From positions 1,376,001 through 1,440,000 of the forward strand of contig CAVUDP010000002.1 of NCBI GenBank assembly GCA_963740315.1: a DNA stretch of 64,000 bases. Reading direction: 5' to 3'. Under the pieces are notes generated by a model, which saw only the letters and a program-made list of their open reading frames with translations, was not told where the DNA came from and did not search any database. Shown here piece by piece: positions 32,214 through 42,508 of the stretch. The DNA is from an uncultured cyanobacterium. Lineage in GTDB: Bacteria; Cyanobacteriota; Cyanobacteriia; Cyanobacteriales; Nostocaceae. Within the stretch, counting starts at the first letter, position 1, and each line of letters starts with the position of its first letter. A program made the translations under genes and the position numbers.

Positions 32214-33434
32214 TTAAACAGGGTAAGCATACTTTGAAACGAAAGCATCAACATCTTCAAAACTATTTGCTTTTGACCGATTTTCGGCATCTCCAGTAAT
32301 GTAGATATTGCCAGTATCGTCAACAGTCATATCGTTAACATTTTCACTGTAAATGTTAAGTTTTTGAGTCCAAATTAAAGTTCCGTCGCTGCTGTACTTA
32401 GCTACCCAACTATTTTGAGTTCCAGGATTACCTGCTTGTATAGTCCCTTGAGTTTCTACCGTAATGTAGACACTACCATCATCGCTGACTACAACATGAG
32501 ATGGAAAATCATCACCAGTACCATCTTGCTGTTTCGACCAAAGCAATTTTCCGTTAATATCATACTTGGCTACTAAAGCATCATAATCTCCGGAATAAGT
32601 TCCCTTAGAAGATTCGTAAGTAGTATATCCTGTAATATAAACATTGCCAGTAATATCAACATCTATATCGCGAATAATATCGAAGTCCAAAGTATCTAAA
32701 CCTTGAAAAGAAAGTTTTTTTCCAGATGAATTATATTTAGTTATCCACGCACTTTCGATAAAACTTTCCCCGAAAAAGTTATCAAAATAACCAGCGACAT
32801 AAATGTTACCAGCCCCATCTGCTTCTACCGTAGTACTTTCGGCATAAGCATTCAGTTTTGTTTTCCACTGTTCCTCTCCATCACTAGAATGTTTTGATAC
32901 CCAGGTATTAGGAATTGCTCCTACTGTTTGAATGTCATCAACAACTCCTGTCATATAAACATTATTAGTACTGTCAACAGCAATGCTATATGAATATTCA
33001 TTTTCAGCAATATAATCTACTAAATCTGTCCATAATAAATTACCGTTACTGTCGTATTTAGCTATCAAAGCATTGTAATCATTCCAACCATTATCAATTC
33101 CGCCTAACCAAGTTTCTTCACTGTGTCCCGTAATGTAGGCATTGCCAGTGTTATCTACAGCAACATTATAAGAAAAGTCATCAGCAGCAGTACCCAACTG
33201 TGTTTTCCATAATTGATTACCACTACTGTCATACTTCGCTAACCAAGTATCGTAATATCCAGCATTATCTCCTCCCAAGGAACCGTCGGTGAATCCCGTA
33301 ATATAGACATTCCCAGCACCATCTACAGCAATACCGTTGGAGAAGTCATCACCTTCAGTACCTAATTGTTGAATCCACGGTTCTGTATTTGGTTCTTCCG
33401 GTTCTCCTCCTAACGTAGTCGCCGATACACTCAA
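32214..33434 (-). CDS. SBBP beta-propeller repeat protein (3' part of a stop-interrupted gene)
   Basis: Repeats of IAVD..GNVYITG.T / DA.LAKYD..GN.LW..Q.GT. Confidence 0.8.
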   Translation of the reverse strand: MSVSATTLGGEPEEPNTEPWIQQLGTEGDDFSNGIAVDGAGNVYITGFTDGSLGGDNAGYYDTWLAKYDSSGNQLWKTQLGTAADDFSYNVAVDNTGNAYITGHSEETWLGGIDNGWNDYNALIAKYDSNGNLLWTDLVDYIAENEYSYSIAVDSTNNVYMTGVVDDIQTVGAIPNTWVSKHSSDGEEQWKTKLNAYAESTTVEADGAGNIYVAGYFDNFFGESFIESAWITKYNSSGKKLSFQGLDTLDFDIIRDIDVDITGNVYITGYTTYESSKGTYSGDYDALVAKYDINGKLLWSKQQDGTGDDFPSHVVVSDDGSVYITVETQGTIQAGNPGTQNSWVAKYSSDGTLIWTQKLNIYSENVNDMTVDDTGNIYITGDAENRSKANSFEDVDAFVSKYAYPV

Positions 33435-33947
33435 GCTATAACTGGTATTGATGTTATGTCCCTAACTCGGATTAACGTGGATATAGTAATCCCCTGGAAG
33501 TATAGTCCCGCTAATTGATTCTGTCTCTGTACCGAAATTATAAGAACCGATAATTGTATCACCATTACTGTTGAGCAACCGCACGTTGGCATCATCCGAC
33601 AAACCGTTCAGGTTAAGAACAAAATTACTAGTACTACCAAGGCTGAAGCGATAGTAGTCATTAGTGTCAGTGTTACCTACCCAATCTTTAAATGTGCGTG
33701 TAGTTCCATTCCCATCTAAGGTAATTTGACGTGCATCATCAAGAGTATTTCCCGCAAAGTCCAATGCAGTCGCCGATACACTCAAGTTATAACTGGTATT
33801 GATGTTATGTCCCCAACTCGGATTAACGTGGATATAGTAATCCCCTGGAAGTATAGTCCCGCTAATTGATTCTGTCTCTGTACCGAAATTATAAGAACCG
33901 ATAATTGTATCACCATTACTGTTGAGCAACCGCACGTTGGCATCATC
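33417..33947. repeat. Near-identical ~180-bp direct repeat (33417-33596 and 33768-33947)
   Basis: Offset 351 bp; only two differences seen. Confidence 0.9.
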
Positions 33948-34115
33948 GGACAAGCCATTCAGTTCAAGATTAAAATCGCTATTACTACTAATAGTCAGAC
34001 GATAGTAGTCGTCGGTATCAGTGTTACTTACCCAATCCGTAAATATTTGCGTAGTGGAAGTAATATTAAACTTCTTAGCATCATCTAATGTGTTGCCTGC
34101 TCCATCAAAAGTCAT
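33462..34115 (-). CDS. Tandem PPC-like (pre-peptidase C-terminal) domain protein (5' part, ends at an in-frame TAG)
   Basis: Two copies of DWV..TDT.DYYR..L.LNGLSDDANVRLL..GDYYIHV. Confidence 0.75.
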   Translation of the reverse strand: MTFDGAGNTLDDAKKFNITSTTQIFTDWVSNTDTDDYYRLTISSNSDFNLELNGLSDDANVRLLNSNGDTIIGSYNFGTETESISGTILPGDYYIHVNPSWGHNINTSYNLSVSATALDFAGNTLDDARQITLDGNGTTRTFKDWVGNTDTNDYYRFSLGSTSNFVLNLNGLSDDANVRLLNSNGDTIIGSYNFGTETESISGTILPGDYYIHVNPS

Positions 34116-34639
34116 AAATATTCCTATGGTAAAATACACCCTTAAAACCTTTATTCATCAAAGGCTTCAGAACAAAAAATTCATTTGAAAGTAATTCAAT
34201 AATGCTTTTTATTTTGCAAAATTAAAATAAAGTAACTGTAAAAATTACAACAATGTTTTTCAGGGAATATTCTTACGTAAAAATTACATTCCAGACAAAA
34301 CGTATCGATTAATACTTACAATTTAGTACTTGTAAATGTATACGTAGATATCAAAATAGTAGATAATTGATTTATGACAATTAATGCTGAATTTCAGAAG
34401 CTATGCGGAACATTGGATTCATAAAAGTGGATACCCACTGTTGTCGGAACCTACAAGCTTCCGAAAAAGGTAAGGAATCTCCGCTTTAATATGTATGATT
34501 ATCTACTTTGAATATTAGTGTTTTTATTGTTAAAATTGTCCGGATTTTTTTAGCTTTTTTATCGCTCAAGCAGGTTCAGTATTCAACTGAACCTTATCTA
34601 TGGCATGATTATATAGACTTTGCCAGCAGCGAAAGAATT

Positions 34640-36163
34640 ATGATGCAGAATAGGGGGAATACGAATCAACCAGGTTATATTCTGGCTTTGGATTTAGGTA
34701 CTACTGGAAATCGTGCTTTTGTGTTTGATGCCAACAGTCAAGTTGTCGGACAAGCATACCTCGAACTCAAACAGTATTATCCCCAACCGGGATGGTTGGA
34801 ACATGATGCGTCCGAAATCTGGGAAGCGACGATTTGGGTAATGCAAACTGCGATCGAAAAGGCGAAAATCTCCCCCTCGCAAATAGCTGCTATTGGCTTA
34901 ACCGTTCAGCGAGAAACTTGTTTGTTGTGGGATAAAAACACCGGACAACCTTTGCATAAAGCTATTGTATGGCAAGACCGCCGCACTGCTCCTGCTTGCA
35001 ATGAATTACAAAATCAAGGTTGGGGAGAGGAGATTTATCAACGTACTGGCTTAGTTATTGATGCTTATTTTTCTGCGACTAAGCTTTCGTGGTTGTTAAA
35101 TCGTGTTGCGGGAGTTGACTTAGATAACGTTTTAGCTGGCACGATCGATACTTGGGTGCTGTGGAATCTTACAGGTAGAAAGGTTCATGCAACAGAACAC
35201 AGCAACGCCAGTCGGACAATGTTGATGAATTTGGATGGCGATTGGGATGAAACCCTATTAAATTTATTTCAAATTCCTCGTCATATCTTACCGCAGATTC
35301 AGCCCAGCTTCAGTCAATTTGGAGTTACCGATAAAGCTTTGCTGGGAGTTGAAATTCCCATTACAGCGGTTTTAGGCGACCAACAAGCATCTTTATTCGG
35401 TCATGGTTGCAATCGTCCCGGTTTAATGAAATGCACCTATGGTACAGGTAGCTTTTTGGTTGCTCACACTGGCTCGGAAATAGTGCGATCGCAAAGACAG
35501 CTTTTAAGTACGGTGGCTTGGACTCAAGTAAATCAAAACGGCTCTCTAGATATCAGCTACGCCCTTGAAGGCAGTATGTTTACTAGTGGCGCTTGTATTC
35601 AATGGTTGCGCGATGGTATCCAGGTAATTGAAACAGCTGCTGAAACTGAATTAATGGCAAGTCAGGTAGAGGACAATGGCGGAGTATACTTTGTACCTGC
35701 ATTCAGTGGATTAGGCGCACCTCACTGGGATATGAATGCTAGAGGTACTTTTTTAGGTATTACCGCCGGAGTCATGCGAGAACATTTAGTACGTTCGGTT
35801 TTAGAAGCGATCGCTTATCAAGTCAAAGAAGTAGTAGAAGCGATTAATGCATCTAGCGATACGAATATCGGCAAGTTAGTTGTAGATGGTGGTGCTTCTA
35901 ACAATAACTTTTTAATGCAATTTCAAGCAGACTTGTTAGGAATTCCCGTCGAACAACCAGCGATGCGAGATACTACGGTACAAGGTATTGCATTTGCCGC
36001 TGGTTTAACAATTGGTTTCTGGAATAATTATTCGGAATTGATCCGCCAAAGAAAAATAGAAAAAGTATTTGAGCCGAATTTTGATTCTAATAATATTCAA
36101 GATAATTATGCTACTTGGCTGCGTGCTGTTGAACGAGGTAAGCATTGGGTGGAAGACAGTTAG
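34640..36163 (+). CDS. glpK: Glycerol kinase
   Basis: ALDLGTTG, YPQPGWLEHD, QRET, WQDRRT, GDQQA, KCTYGTG and VPAFSGLGAPHW motifs. Confidence 0.93.
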   Translation: MMQNRGNTNQPGYILALDLGTTGNRAFVFDANSQVVGQAYLELKQYYPQPGWLEHDASEIWEATIWVMQTAIEKAKISPSQIAAIGLTVQRETCLLWDKNTGQPLHKAIVWQDRRTAPACNELQNQGWGEEIYQRTGLVIDAYFSATKLSWLLNRVAGVDLDNVLAGTIDTWVLWNLTGRKVHATEHSNASRTMLMNLDGDWDETLLNLFQIPRHILPQIQPSFSQFGVTDKALLGVEIPITAVLGDQQASLFGHGCNRPGLMKCTYGTGSFLVAHTGSEIVRSQRQLLSTVAWTQVNQNGSLDISYALEGSMFTSGACIQWLRDGIQVIETAAETELMASQVEDNGGVYFVPAFSGLGAPHWDMNARGTFLGITAGVMREHLVRSVLEAIAYQVKEVVEAINASSDTNIGKLVVDGGASNNNFLMQFQADLLGIPVEQPAMRDTTVQGIAFAAGLTIGFWNNYSELIRQRKIEKVFEPNFDSNNIQDNYATWLRAVERGKHWVEDS

Positions 36164-36336
36164 CAGTTAGCAGTGAACAGTGAACAGTGAACAGTGAACA
36201 GTTATCAAGTTGTTATTTCCAATTAACACTATAGTTCGTAGTAAGGAATTTATTCCTTTTTTGAAGCCTGATTACCAAATGCAATGCGATCGTCAATTTC
36301 TGGGAAACATAATATTATCATCAAGATAAGAACATT

Positions 36337-37542
36337 ATGTCAGAAAATCAACCCAGGGAATTCGATGCAGTTTTAGGTGGAAGTACATCACCTATATTTA
36401 CTAGTGCTGTGTTGGGAGGAATTGAAGGAGTTAAGCGACGGTTACAAAGTAAAAATGTGGATGTAATATTTGATGCTTTATGGGATGCTTTGAATTATGG
36501 CGAAGCAGGATTAGATTTGATTGCTCAAGCATTACATAATTATTACGGGAAAGTATCTCGTTATGCTGAATTATTGCTGAGAGAAAGAGGAGGTGAAACA
36601 GGTAAAAAAGCTTTGTTAGATTATAATCCGTGGAAATATTTGACAACGATTGAAAATTGGCAAACACGAAAATATAAACCTGAAATAGGCATTGTATTTC
36701 CTTTTGGAAAAGCTTACGTTATTACAAATAAGAATCAATTTAAAGCCTTAATCCAAGATCCTTTAGTTAAAGGAGTAGAAGCACTCAAATTTGATATAGT
36801 TGACCATAACTTATATCGTCGCAAACATTTACAAGAATTTTTACAAGAAATTGTAGAAGCATCATATTTATTCCCTAACCTCAAAGGATTATTTATTGGT
36901 TCTCCTTCAGATAAGTACAGCCACGTTTACATACACAATATTTATCCGATTTTAAAAGCTTTTCCGAATTTAGAATTTTTACAGCTTCGCGGTAATGTTG
37001 ATAATGATAATTTTTTTAAATCTAATATAGAAATATTAGAAGTACGCAATCCTGTTGATTATTCTTTTGTGAAAACTAAGCCATTAGAACTTAGTTTCTT
37101 GAAAACCTTAATTATTCAAGTTGATAATTTATCAAAAGATAATTTCGCTAAAATTTGCAACCTGAATTTACCAGCTTTGGAATATTTTGAATTAAACATT
37201 GATTTCAATATAGATTTTGAGGATATAATTTCTATTGTTTTAGGTAAACCATTTTCTAACTTAATATATTTAGGGATAAATCGATATGGTGATTTAATTC
37301 TTGAATATTTAAATCAATCTCCATTGATGGAAAGCTTAAAAATATTAGATTTATCAGAAGCTAGGTTAACTAGTTTAGAAAATATTGATTTGAGCGAATC
37401 TTCTATACTTAATCGTTTAAATACTCTTAATGTTTCGCGAAATGGATTACGTAGTAGCATGATTGACCAATTATCAAAACTCAAATGTCGAGTGATTACT
37501 GACTACCAAGATTTGGGTCTTTACGATGTATGTATTGAATAA
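36337..37542 (+). CDS. Leucine-rich-repeat protein (STM4015-like) with cyanobacterial N-terminal helical module
   Basis: QPREFDAVLGG..GGIEGVKRRL N-terminus; FPNLKGLFIG, FPNLEFLQLRG, LKILDLS and LNTLNVS repeats. Confidence 0.75.
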   Translation: MSENQPREFDAVLGGSTSPIFTSAVLGGIEGVKRRLQSKNVDVIFDALWDALNYGEAGLDLIAQALHNYYGKVSRYAELLLRERGGETGKKALLDYNPWKYLTTIENWQTRKYKPEIGIVFPFGKAYVITNKNQFKALIQDPLVKGVEALKFDIVDHNLYRRKHLQEFLQEIVEASYLFPNLKGLFIGSPSDKYSHVYIHNIYPILKAFPNLEFLQLRGNVDNDNFFKSNIEILEVRNPVDYSFVKTKPLELSFLKTLIIQVDNLSKDNFAKICNLNLPALEYFELNIDFNIDFEDIISIVLGKPFSNLIYLGINRYGDLILEYLNQSPLMESLKILDLSEARLTSLENIDLSESSILNRLNTLNVSRNGLRSSMIDQLSKLKCRVITDYQDLGLYDVCIE

Positions 37543-37614
37543 ATATGAATTAAAACTACTTAATTAGTTTTGCTGGGTTTGCGTAGTGCGAGCATCTTGC
37601 TCGCTAGCGCTCCT

Positions 37615-37689
37615 CAATTATCAAAACTTAAATGTAGAGTCATTGCTTGTAACCAAGATTATAGCTTATACGATATATGTATTGAATAA
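37615..37689 (+). pseudogene. Orphan paralogous 3'-end fragment of the upstream LRR gene
   Basis: Encodes QLSKLKCRVIACNQDYSLYDICIE* versus the gene end QLSKLKCRVITDYQDLGLYDVCIE*. Confidence 0.8.
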
Positions 37690-38070
37690 ATATTAATTAA
37701 ACAGAAAATACGCAATTTTTACTATACGTTTTGGTGCGTGACACTATAAACATTGTTGTTATTTTTTTCAAAATCCTTAAAAATGTCACACACCCTACAA
37801 GAAAAAAATTATAAACGCTAATCACCACATCAAAATTACGGCTTTCGCAACTCTTTTTATTTTTTAAAAATTGATTTTCCTGATATAATCCGTTTTGAAA
37901 AAAAGAAATAATTATGTAGTCTTTCAGTGATTTGGGAATGCTGAAAAACAGCAACATCTGCTACAAAAAATTTATTCGAGAATATAAAGTTTTTGACAAC
38001 TTTACAAAAGTTTTTATGAGAAAAATAAAGAAAGCAAAGTGAACTAATTATTATCCTCGGATTTCTATAT

Positions 38071-39789
38071 ATGGTAGCGCTCAACGAGAACGCACAAAAA
38101 CGACTTACTATACAAACTGTTGAAATTGCTCCTGACACAACGGCGATTCGCTGTCTCGACTGGGATCGCGATCGCTTCGATATTGAGTTTGGGTTGCAAA
38201 ATGGTACAACTTACAATTCTTATCTGATTCGGGGCGAGCGTACAGTTTTAGTTGATACGTCTCATACCAAGTTTAGAGAACAATATTTAGAAACTCTCAA
38301 GAGCTTGGTTAATCCCAAGGAGATTGATTATATAATTGTCAACCACACCGAACCAGATCACAGTGGCTTGGTGGAAGATGTTCTGCAAATTGCTCCTAGA
38401 GCGACTGTAATAGCATCTAAGGTGGCGTTGCAGTTTTTGGATAACTTGGTACACGATCCGTTTTCTAAGCGAATTGTGAAGACTGGCGACACGGTAGATT
38501 TGGGTAACGGACACGAAATTGAATTCGTCAGTGCGCCTAATTTACACTGGCCCGATACTATTTTCAGTTTCGACAAGAAAACCCAAACCTTGTTTACTTG
38601 TGACGCTTTTGGTATGCACTATTGCAGTGATGATACCTTTGATGTCAACTTAGCGGCAATTGAACCTGATTTCAAGTTTTACTACGATTGTTTGATGGGA
38701 CCCAATGCTCGCTCTTTATTGAATGCAATGAAGAGAATGAACGATTTGGGCAAAATTAAAATTATTGCCAACGGTCACGGACCATTACTTTACCACAACC
38801 TGGATACTCTAAGAGAGTGTTACCAGAGTTGGAGCCAAAAACAAGCCAAAACCGAAACAATCATTGGTTTGTATTACGTTTCAGAATATGGATATAGCGA
38901 TCGCCTAGCGCAATCAATCGGGCACGGTATCCAAAAAACTGGTGTTGGTGTGGAGATGTTGGATTTAACTAACATCGATCTCCAGGAAATCCAAGAGTTA
39001 GCAGGTAGAGCGGCAGGTATCATCATTGGTATGCCTCCTTCTTCTAACGCTGCGGCACAAGCTGCGATCAGTTCTTTGCTTGCAGTAATTAAAAATAAGC
39101 AAGTCATCGGACTGTATGAATCTTACGGTGGAGATGACGAACCCATCGACACATTGCGGAGAAAATTCCTCGAACATGGCGTAAGAGAAGGTTTCCCAGC
39201 AATCCGCATCAAAGAAGATCCTAACAACGAAACATTTAGAACTGCCGACGATGCTGGTAGTGAAATGGGACAGTTGTTGGTACGCGAACGCAACATCAAG
39301 CATCTGAAGTCAATCGATGCAGATTTAGAAAAAGCACTAGGTCGGATTAGCAACGGACTTTATGTTGTTACCACCAAAAAAGGTGACGTAAAAGGTGCAA
39401 TGGTTGCTTCCTGGATTGCTCAAGCAAGTTTACAGCCTTTAGGATTTACCGTAGCTGTTGGTAAAGAGCGAGGAATAGAGTCTTCGTTACAGATAGGCGA
39501 TAAGTTCGTGCTTAACGTGCTTGAAGAAGGAAACTATCAAGAACTCAAAAAGCAATTCCTCAAGCGCTTACTTCCTGGTGTTGACCGATTTGAGGGAGTG
39601 AAAACTCAAACAGCCAAAAACGGTAGCCCGATTCTTGCAGATGCCTTGGCATACATGGAATGCGAAGTCAAGACCAGCATGGAATGTAGCGACCACTGGC
39701 TGTTGTACTGTACTGTTTCCGAAGGTCGTATTTCCGACCCAGATGGAATCACAGCAGTTCGCCATCGTAAAGTTGGAACCTACTATTAA
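38071..39789 (+). CDS. flv3B: Flavodiiron protein, Flv3-type (likely heterocyst Flv3B)
   Basis: GTTYNSY, HTEPDH, HWPD, CDAFG, flavodoxin and flavin reductase domains; A/B assignment from recalled similarity and gene order. Confidence 0.8.
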   Translation: MVALNENAQKRLTIQTVEIAPDTTAIRCLDWDRDRFDIEFGLQNGTTYNSYLIRGERTVLVDTSHTKFREQYLETLKSLVNPKEIDYIIVNHTEPDHSGLVEDVLQIAPRATVIASKVALQFLDNLVHDPFSKRIVKTGDTVDLGNGHEIEFVSAPNLHWPDTIFSFDKKTQTLFTCDAFGMHYCSDDTFDVNLAAIEPDFKFYYDCLMGPNARSLLNAMKRMNDLGKIKIIANGHGPLLYHNLDTLRECYQSWSQKQAKTETIIGLYYVSEYGYSDRLAQSIGHGIQKTGVGVEMLDLTNIDLQEIQELAGRAAGIIIGMPPSSNAAAQAAISSLLAVIKNKQVIGLYESYGGDDEPIDTLRRKFLEHGVREGFPAIRIKEDPNNETFRTADDAGSEMGQLLVRERNIKHLKSIDADLEKALGRISNGLYVVTTKKGDVKGAMVASWIAQASLQPLGFTVAVGKERGIESSLQIGDKFVLNVLEEGNYQELKKQFLKRLLPGVDRFEGVKTQTAKNGSPILADALAYMECEVKTSMECSDHWLLYCTVSEGRISDPDGITAVRHRKVGTYY

Positions 39790-39810
39790 TTCGTAATTTG
39801 CAATTAGTTT

Positions 39811-39857
39811 GTAGTAAGGACTAAAGTCCTAAATCCGAGGACTAAAGTCCTTACTAC
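39811..39857. repeat. Inverted pair of GTAG-type REP-like palindromes
   Basis: GTAGTAAGGACTAAAGTCCT...AGGACTAAAGTCCTTACTAC. Confidence 0.75.
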
Positions 39858-39961
39858 GAACCTTGATTACCTCGTCTCTTTTTAAATTCCATAGCGGCAT
39901 CTACATTCTTTTTTTTTGATAATTCAAACCATTCTTAATCCTTTATTTTTCCACCGATATT

Positions 39962-41671
39962 ATGAGCAATACCAATCCCCGCGATATGCAGATTGCACCG
40001 ATTGCGACCGATACTAGGTTGATTAAAGCTCGCAGTTGGACGCGCTTACGATTTGAAATTGAATACGCATTGGCTAAGGGTAGTACTTCTAATTGCTATT
40101 TAATTGAAGGTGATAAAACTGCAATTATCGATCCGCCTCCGGAAACTTTTACCTCTATTTATATGGAGGCGTTGCAGAGTATTTTAGATTTGCAAGATTT
40201 AGATTATGTGATTATCGGACATTTTAATCCCAACCGCGTCGCTACTTTCAAAGCTCTTTTAGAGCGGGCACCACAATTAACTTTTGTCTCTTCGGTTCCT
40301 GGTGCTGCTAATTTGCGTCATGCTTTTGGCGAAAAGGTGAAAGTGATGGAGATGCGGGGTAAAGAAACTCTTGATTTGGGTAAGGGACACGTTTTAAAAG
40401 GTATCCCCATTCCTAGCCCCCGCTGGCCGAGCGGACTTGCTACTTACGACCAACAAACACAAGTTCTCTACTCGAATAAACTATTTGGCGCTCATGTCTG
40501 CGGTGAGGAAGTATTTGATGAAGACTGGGATATTTTAAAGGAAGATCAGCGCTATTATTTTGACTGCTTGATGGCTCCTCACGCACCTCATGTAAAAGCG
40601 GCTCTGGAAAAAATTTCCGAAATACCAGCGAGAATGTATGCTACGGTTCACGGACCTTTGGTACGTTATGGTTTGATTGAACTTAACAAAGCTTATCAAC
40701 ATTGGAGCGTTTCACAAACCGAACGCGAAGTTACCGTTGCCTTACTTTACGCTTCAGCATACGGCAATACTTCAACTTTAGCTCAAGCTTTTGGTTTGGG
40801 TTTAACTAAAGGTGGGGTAGCTGTTGAGTCTATCAACTGCGAATTCGCCGATCCAGATGACATTCGCACTGCGATTGAAAAGTCGGATGGGTTTATTATT
40901 GGTTCACCTACTATCGGTGGTAACGCACCTACCCCAATTCACACTGCTTTGGGTATTGTCCTTTCCGTTGGCGACACTGGTAAACTCGCGGGAGTATTTG
41001 GTTCTTACGGTTGGAGTGGCGAAGCATTCGATTTAATTGAAGGTAAATTAAAGGATGCAGGATTTAAGTTTGGTTTCGGCACCTTTAAAGCTAGATTTAA
41101 ACCATCCGATAAAACCCTCAAGGAATGTGAAGAAACAGCAACAGATTTTGCTCAAACCTTAAGAAAAGCCCGCAAACTACGTTTACCTCAACCCACTGCA
41201 AATCCAATGGAACAAGCCGTGGGACGTATCGTTGGTTCCGTTTGCGTACTCACTGCTAAACAAGGAGAAGTTTCCACTGGAATGTTAGGTTCCTGGGTAT
41301 CGCAAGCTACCTTCGATCCACCGGGAATTAGTTTGGCGATCGCTAAAGATAGAGCGGTTGAAACGCTGCTGTATCCCGGCAGCAAGTTTATCTTGAACGT
41401 TGTCGGTGAAGGCAATCAACAAGATTACGTCAAGCACTTCCGTAAAACTTTTGCTCCCGGTGAAGACCGTTTTTCCAACTTCCCCACAGCACCAGCAGAT
41501 AATGGCGGTATCATCCTCACCGATGCTATAGCCTACTTAGAATGTTCTGCAAGCAAACGGATGGAATGCGGCGACCATTGGGTGATATATGCAACCGTTG
41601 ATAACGGTAAATTACTGGAAGCGGATACGGTAACTGCTATACACCGTCGTAAAGCAGGAAATCATTATTAA
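39962..41671 (+). CDS. flv1B: Flavodiiron protein, Flv1-type (likely Flv1B)
   Basis: RLRFEIEY, non-canonical ligands HFNPNR and PRWP, YASAYGNT, flavin reductase domain. Confidence 0.8.
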   Translation: MSNTNPRDMQIAPIATDTRLIKARSWTRLRFEIEYALAKGSTSNCYLIEGDKTAIIDPPPETFTSIYMEALQSILDLQDLDYVIIGHFNPNRVATFKALLERAPQLTFVSSVPGAANLRHAFGEKVKVMEMRGKETLDLGKGHVLKGIPIPSPRWPSGLATYDQQTQVLYSNKLFGAHVCGEEVFDEDWDILKEDQRYYFDCLMAPHAPHVKAALEKISEIPARMYATVHGPLVRYGLIELNKAYQHWSVSQTEREVTVALLYASAYGNTSTLAQAFGLGLTKGGVAVESINCEFADPDDIRTAIEKSDGFIIGSPTIGGNAPTPIHTALGIVLSVGDTGKLAGVFGSYGWSGEAFDLIEGKLKDAGFKFGFGTFKARFKPSDKTLKECEETATDFAQTLRKARKLRLPQPTANPMEQAVGRIVGSVCVLTAKQGEVSTGMLGSWVSQATFDPPGISLAIAKDRAVETLLYPGSKFILNVVGEGNQQDYVKHFRKTFAPGEDRFSNFPTAPADNGGIILTDAIAYLECSASKRMECGDHWVIYATVDNGKLLEADTVTAIHRRKAGNHY

Positions 41672-42180
41672 CAGTTAGGAGTTCCTAACTCCCCCTCTCC
41701 TTGTCCCCTTGTCTCCCCCGCTCGCCGCACGCGACCTGGGAACGGGTTGCGCCACTTCTCTCGTACTGCGGGAGACGACCCACGAGAGTGGCTTACCATC
41801 TCCTTATTTCACCCCTCTTCTGATTTCAGGAGAGGGTGCTTTTATTGGGCAATGGTTTATAAATTAATCCGGACAATACCACACCATACATTGTATGAAC
41901 TGTTAACTGTTCCCCGTTTGCTGTTCCCTATTTCCAGTTAACTGCATTACTATATGTTGCTGAATATACATCTGAGTATTTTCTGACATTCGCTTTTGGG
42001 TATGGAACTTTTATCATATGTAAAGGTCTTGCAAGTGGGGACGCGGGCTTCTCCATGTTTCCGCAATTGTTCGCAGGTCAACTGTATACAGATTGTGTAA
42101 GGTTTAACTATTAAATAAGTAGTAGCATTTCTAAAAAATGCCTGCTGCTAAGACAACGGTTTAAATTATTGGCTCTTGTT

Positions 42181-42366
42181 ATGAATCCAGAAAAAAACAA
42201 AAACAAACTGAAGTTCCCTTTTTGGCAGTATCTCAACCAACCCCTGTTTAATGAAAAACTTATATTAAATCCCCATACCTTCGCGTATGTCTATAGAATA
42301 GAGCTTTTAGAGCGCTGCTGGGGCAGAGAATGCGATGCTAAGGGGCAATCCAAAGGCGGTGGATAA
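42181..42366 (+). CDS. Small hypothetical protein
   Basis: KFPFWQYLNQPLF..LNP..RIELLERCW; ATG 42181; terminator downstream. Confidence 0.6.
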   Translation: MNPEKNKNKLKFPFWQYLNQPLFNEKLILNPHTFAYVYRIELLERCWGRECDAKGQSKGGG

Positions 42367-42508
42367 GCTAATTACGTCTTCTTACAGTGGCTTCATAGCG
42401 GTTCGAAGAAGATTTATGAGTTACGACTTAACAAACTTTTATTTGAATGGGCTAATTTTTGTTTTTGGGTTTCCGACATTTTAATTTTACAAAAAGCCTT
42501 ATATAAAT

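Noticed and set aside
33417..33947. DGR or programmed stop-codon recoding (Pyl/Sec) in the PPC repeat
   Set aside because: The two differences have A in opposite copies, the paralogous codon is Trp, and no recoding machinery is visible.
37468..37689. DGR variable/template repeat pair
   Set aside because: Most mismatches are not at adenines of either copy and there is no reverse transcriptase in the window. Kept only as a duplicated tail.
37697..38138. Minus-strand AT-rich ORFs upstream of flv3
   Set aside because: They have no recognisable motifs and an F/K/I-rich composition typical of spurious ORFs in promoter DNA.
42181..42366. PatS/PatX-like peptide (ECDAKGQS loosely resembles CDERGSGR)
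   Set aside because: There is no RGSGR/RGTGR pentapeptide.
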